Source: Octopus sinensis (taxonomy: Eukaryota). Taken from it: a stretch of DNA of 14,657 nucleotides. A program made the translations under genes and the position numbers. Below are positions 10,282 through 14,657 of the stretch, piece after piece. Under the pieces are notes generated by a model, which made no database searches, was not told the origin of the DNA, and saw only the letters and a list, made by a program, of their open reading frames with translations. Position 1 is the first letter of the stretch; each line of letters opens with the position of its first letter. The stretch covers positions 1 to 14,657 of the forward strand of contig NW_021825720.1 in the NCBI RefSeq assembly GCF_006345805.1, written 5' to 3'.

Positions 10282-10283
<2 letters not shown>
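9712..10283. mobile_element. ~570-bp non-coding interspersed repeat flanked by (ATT)n on both sides
   Basis: Second copy at 1-380; sharp boundaries against ATT arrays; no ORF, no TIR and no tRNA head seen; short tandem duplication at 10238-10281. Confidence 0.7.
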
Positions 10284-10320
<37 letters not shown>

Positions 10321-10418
10321 GCCTTTGCACAACTTCTAACGCTGGAGATGTACTGCGATGTCAGCTGTTCACTACCAGTGAACTAAGGTAACACCTCTTA
10401 TTTTTCGAGCACCTTCCG
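10321..10418 (-). mobile_element. Extreme 3' end of an R4/Dong-like LINE (RKVLEK-stop plus 3' UTR, then (AAT)n)
   Basis: Minus strand 10418-10398 reads R-K-V-L-E-K-stop, matching the clade's terminal ...GTA.ILRKVL motif, followed by ~77 nt and an (AAT)n tail. Only 6 codons of support. Confidence 0.5.
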
Positions 10419-10420
10419 TA

Positions 10421-11164
10421 GGGGTAAAGAATAACAACCATTGTTGTAACATTTATTTGATATCGTTCGTTTCTTCTTTTTCTTTTTAATCTTCGGAACG
10501 CCCAGTGAGGAGGTAGCAAAAAAAACTTTCTTGCGGCTAACAGGTCAATGAGACTGCGAGGCCTCAAGGGAATAAGAGGAATCAGCTCATTCATAGAACG
10601 AAACAACAAGCCTTATAGCTTAGATGTTGTTTCCCTTCACAACTGTGTGTCTCCTGCACCCCAGGTATCAAATTACTAATCGAACACATTACGTACCCTT
10701 AAACGCTATTATTTAGGCACTCTGGTAATGTCTTAGCATTTAGTGAAAGAGTCTGGGTAGCCATTCTCCCAAAGTGTTTTTCAGAATTCCTTAGAGCTGG
10801 TATTATTTTGCTCCTGTCTCACTGCATTTATTATGTATCCCGTGGGCTTTGATTCTGAAACATCGGCTGTCTTGGTTTAATGAGAAAAGATGAACTGTAA
10901 TGAACAGACGGGCCCCTCTATGCCACTTCTCTGTAAAAGTTACTGGTGATGGATCTCTCCCATTTGATTTTGTATTAGAAATTAGCAGAGATAAGGGCCT
11001 CGCAGTCTCATTGAACTGTTAGCCGTAGGAAAGTTTTTTTTGATACCTCCTCATTGGGCGTTAACGATATCATAATTCCAAAGATAAAAAACAACGAACG
11101 ATCTAAAATAAAGGTTGCAACAACGTTTCCTTTAAGGCACAGAATGGTTGTCATTCTTGACCCC
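10421..11164. mobile_element. Non-autonomous DNA transposon / MITE, 744 bp, long imperfect TIRs, TA-flanked
   Basis: TA-ggggtaaagaataacaaccatt ... aatggttgtcattcttgacccc-TA; TIRs 10421-10563 and 10996-11164 (e.g. caatgagactgcgaggcc / ggcctcgcagtctcattg); no transposase ORF. Confidence 0.85.
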
Positions 11165-11281
11165 TAGTGAAATGGGGAAGCTAATATAAAGTTTTAACAA
11201 AAATCAACCAAGGTGAACATATAACTTAAAAAAAGATCCATCAAACATTCGTTGGTGTTGGACATGCGTCGAACACCAACG

Positions 11282-11460
<179 letters not shown>

Positions 11461-11499
11461 TAGTTAGACATAGCATGGGTTTTTGAAACTGCTGCAAAC

Positions 11500-11920
11500 T
11501 GCCAAGTGATCAGTACGGAAGGATTGATATACGACTGGCACACACCGGACCATTTCTGAGGTCCAACACAAAATAACGCCGTATGCAAACTGTTTAATTG
11601 TTCAATCATCAACGGGAATATATGTCTACGGACACACGTGGTGTCTAAAAATCACATGTAGTAAACGCAACGAAAGTTACATCGGAAGAACCACCAAATT
11701 ATTATACATACGAATTAAAGGACATATCTATGCTAATACTTCTTCCACAAAAAATACCACCAGCGAAAATGCTACACCCAAAACAACCAGATTTCCACTG
11801 ATTCTACTGGTTGGAACATTGGGAACCTGAGGATAAAAAAAGCCATCATCATTAGCAAGATCAATCACGTTTTTTATTAACTAAAGAAAGAGATGCACAC
11901 AGCTGACTGGTTACTATAGC
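11500..11920 (+). pseudogene. Decayed Penelope-like element GIY-YIG endonuclease fragment
   Basis: With frameshifts: DIRLAHTGPFLR / CKLFNCSIINGNICLRTHVVSK / ITCSKRNESYIGRTTKLLYIRIKGHI ... NIGNLRIKKAIIISKIN. This fits the PLE pattern C..C...C..VVYKITC..C...YIG.T...L..R..EH ... L.IKEA..I. Confidence 0.8.
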
Positions 11921-12289
11921 AAAGTTATCTTGCGCATATAAAGACACTCTCCAGACACATACACACATACAAAGCAGAAACGCTAGCTAGGAAAACCAAA
12001 TCTCCGAAGATATACTGCAGATGGGGGGGGGTAACTTGAAATATCGAAATACAAGTTTAAAGTACAATCCGCTTCTCTCATTTCATGACTCGTATTGTTT
12101 TGGCTCTGTCAACTTATTGAAATTTCCATGGGTTTCGATATGAGACGAAGTGAATAACGAACGACGGTTATTAAACGTTCTTTGTCGCACATTGTCCGCT
12201 TTCTATCAACTATACAAGAGATGTTCATGATCGACTCTTAAAGACTTCCTGTGCTAGGATCATTGCGGATCGTATTACCTTATGACTGT

Positions 12290-12455
12290 ATACACACACG
12301 CACACATACACACATGCACACATACACACATGCACACATACACACACGCACACATACACACACGTGTGTGTATGTGTGTGCGTGTTTGCGTACTATGTTT
12401 ATATATATATTTATATATATATATGTATGTGTATATATAGATATATGTATGTATA

Positions 12456-12501
<46 letters not shown>

Positions 12502-12750
12502 CATGTAAATATATATAAGGGTTCGATTTATATGAAAATATTGTATATACACTCTGAATTCACACATACACATACATACACGCACACTCACAAACACACA
12601 AATACATAATAAATATATAAAAGAAATGGGAACAAACAGTGTAATATAAAAAAAACCATGTACACGTCCACAACACACATGCTAAACAAACACACGCACA
12701 CAGATATACGGACACACACACACCACACACACACACACACCACGCACGAA
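12290..12750. repeat. (CA)n/(TG)n/(TA)n compound microsatellites
   Basis: Direct reading. Confidence 0.95.
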
Positions 12751-12845
12751 TATAGACGTAAGTGAATGCGCTTGAGGAAACACATGGAGCAGAAACCAAT
12801 TGAAGAGGTCACAGTATGTGTGACGAAAGAAATTTGAAAAAATAC

Positions 12846-12876
12846 ACTACTACTACTACTACTACTACTACTTTAC

Positions 12877-12931
<55 letters not shown>
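12846..12931. repeat. (TAC)n grading into (TAA)n
   Basis: Direct reading. Confidence 0.97.
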
Positions 12932-12932
<1 letters not shown>

Positions 12933-13743
12933 GCAAAATGTGGAACCTAAAGACTAAAACAATACCTGTTGTCATAGGTGCTCTAGGAATGATAGCAAAA
13001 GAAGCTGATTGCTACCTGTGCCTGATACCAGGAAATCCAGGAATTGCAGAATTTCAAAAGATAGTGCTCATGGGAACTGCCCATCTCATACGCAAAATAC
13101 TTTCTATGTAATCTCAAATTTTAAAACAAACACATAATTTTCTTATGGTTTCTTAAACATTCTCTAGAACAACACTATGTACAATACCTATTTCTTTATT
13201 ACCCACAAGGGGCTAAACATAGAGGAGACAAACAAGGACAGACATAGGTATTAAGTCGATTACATCGACCCCAGGGTGTAACTAGTACTTAATTTATCGA
13301 CCGCGAAAGGATGAAAGGTAAAGTCGACCTCGGCGGAATTTGAACTCATAACGTAACGGCAGATGAAATACCTATTTCTATTTCTTTATTACCCACAAGG
13401 GGCTAAACATAGAGGGAACAAACAAGGACAGACATAGGTATTAAGTCGATTACATCGACCCCAGTGTGCAACTGGTATTTAATTTATCGACCCCGAACTG
13501 ATGAAAGGTAAAGTCGACCTCGGCGGAATTTGAACTCACAACGTAACGGCAGATGAAATACCGCTAAGCATTTCGGCCGACGTGCTAACGTTTCTGCCAG
13601 CTCGCCGCCACTATGTACAATACCAAATATATGACACCCTAGGCACAACACCAACAACACAAACTTGTAACTTGTTGTTTCTTGAGGTCTCTGGGTGAGA
13701 CTTCCAGCCAACTTGTACAAATGTAAAGCAAAAGCCAAACATA
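12932..13743 (+). mobile_element. 5'-truncated R4/Dong-like LINE (RLE C-terminus plus 3' UTR) inside (TAA)n; 3' UTR interrupted by a SINE dimer
   Basis: 12932-13111 translates to SKMWNLKTKTIPVVIGALGMIAKEADCYLCLIPGNPGIAEFQKIVLMGTAHLIRKILSM-stop (W....IPVVIGALG and QK..L.GTA.I.RK.L motifs of restriction-like-endonuclease LINEs); (AAT)n on both flanks. Confidence 0.88.
13187..13609 (-). mobile_element. SINE family A tandem: full unit 13609-13371 plus head-less unit 13370-13187
   Basis: Direct repeat cactatgtacaatacc at 13173-13188 and 13609-13624 encloses both units; the units share private variants such as gacagacataggtattaag. Confidence 0.93.
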
Positions 13744-13744
13744 A

Positions 13745-13800
<56 letters not shown>

Positions 13801-13823
13801 TAAATTAAATAATACTAGTAATC

Positions 13824-13874
<51 letters not shown>

Positions 13875-13888
13875 TAGTTATAATAATG
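13744..13888. repeat. (AAT)n microsatellite
   Basis: Direct reading. Confidence 0.97.
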
Positions 13889-13918
13889 ATTTCAAATTTT
13901 GCCACAACGGCAGCAAGT
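13888..13918 (-). mobile_element. Short tail-B SINE 3' fragment
   Basis: gatttcaaattttgccaca is the exact reverse complement of tgtggcaaaatttgaaatc (9675-9693) and again abuts the trinucleotide array. Confidence 0.65.
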
Positions 13919-14042
13919 AAAATTGAAATGAAGATTAAATGTCTAGTGCCTGTGGTTTATTGGCAAAAATACAATTCCCAAGTATAACAATATATGTTTC
14001 AACACACGATTTCACATCAAGAATCTTACAAAACAAATGCAT

Positions 14043-14506
14043 AAACACACACACACACACACACTCATGTATATATATATATATGCCTGCGTGTGTGTTT
14101 GTGTGTGTGAGTGTGTGTGTATGTGTGTGTGTTTGTGTGTGTATGTGTGTGTGTTAGTGTGTGTTTGTGTGTTTGTGTGTGTGTGTGTGTTTGTGTGTGA
14201 GTGTGTGTGTATGTGTGTGTGTGTGTGTATGTGTGTGTGTTTGTGTGTGTGAGTGTGTGTGTATGTGTTTGGTGTGTGTTTGTGTGTGTGAGTGTGCGTG
14301 TATGTGTGTTGTGTTTGTGGTGGTGTGTGTGTTGGTGTGTGTTTGTGTGTGTAGTGTGTGTGTGTTGTGTGTTGTGTGTGTGTTGTGTGTGGTGTGTGTT
14401 TGTTTGTGTGTGTGTATGTTGTGTGTTTGTGTTGCCGTGTGAGTGTGTGTGTATGTGTGTGTGTTTGTGTGTGTTTGTGTGTGGTGTGTGTGTGTGTGTG
14501 TTTGTG
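14043..14506. repeat. (CA)n, (TA)n, then long degenerate (GT)n
   Basis: Direct reading; explains the HT/CV-repeat ORFs. Confidence 0.97.
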
Positions 14507-14657
14507 CAAAGGAAAGAGCGGGCGGGATAATTTTCATGTAAGTTATTGTGTGCTTTGCTTGTGTGTCCTGCCGCTTTATTGAGCCATTATTTCCATCACA
14601 AGAATAAGCTACGAAACCAATACACACACGCCATATCTACACGAGCGCATCCAACGT

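Noticed and set aside
12000-12065. ccgaagatat...atatcgaaatac downstream of the GIY-YIG remnant as a pLTR hammerhead
   Set aside because: Position fits, but the core and cleavage triplet do not.

Overview
Repeat-saturated, AT-rich eukaryotic non-coding DNA, most likely an octopus (coleoid cephalopod) intron or intergenic region; the organism is inferred from the SINE types and the extreme microsatellite load. No intact protein-coding gene is supported: nearly all listed ORFs are translations of microsatellites or SINEs. The window holds (i) about 7 loci of tRNA-derived SINEs from at least three families, five with readable target-site duplications (TSDs); (ii) decayed Penelope-like element remnants (RT at ~2410-3010, GIY-YIG endonuclease at ~11500-11920); (iii) two 3' ends of R4/Dong-like LINEs next to (AAT)n arrays; (iv) a ~570-bp non-coding repeat present twice; (v) a 744-bp TA-flanked TIR element; (vi) a ~63-bp minisatellite; and (vii) several long near-perfect palindromes, plus hammerhead-like motifs. 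The most unusual signals are a recurrent 184-nt tail-to-internal SINE concatemer junction that is self-complementary, a snap-back SINE composite inside one TSD pair, and the hairpin/ribozyme-like cluster at 6181-6853. Family assignments come from motif recognition only; no database search was run.
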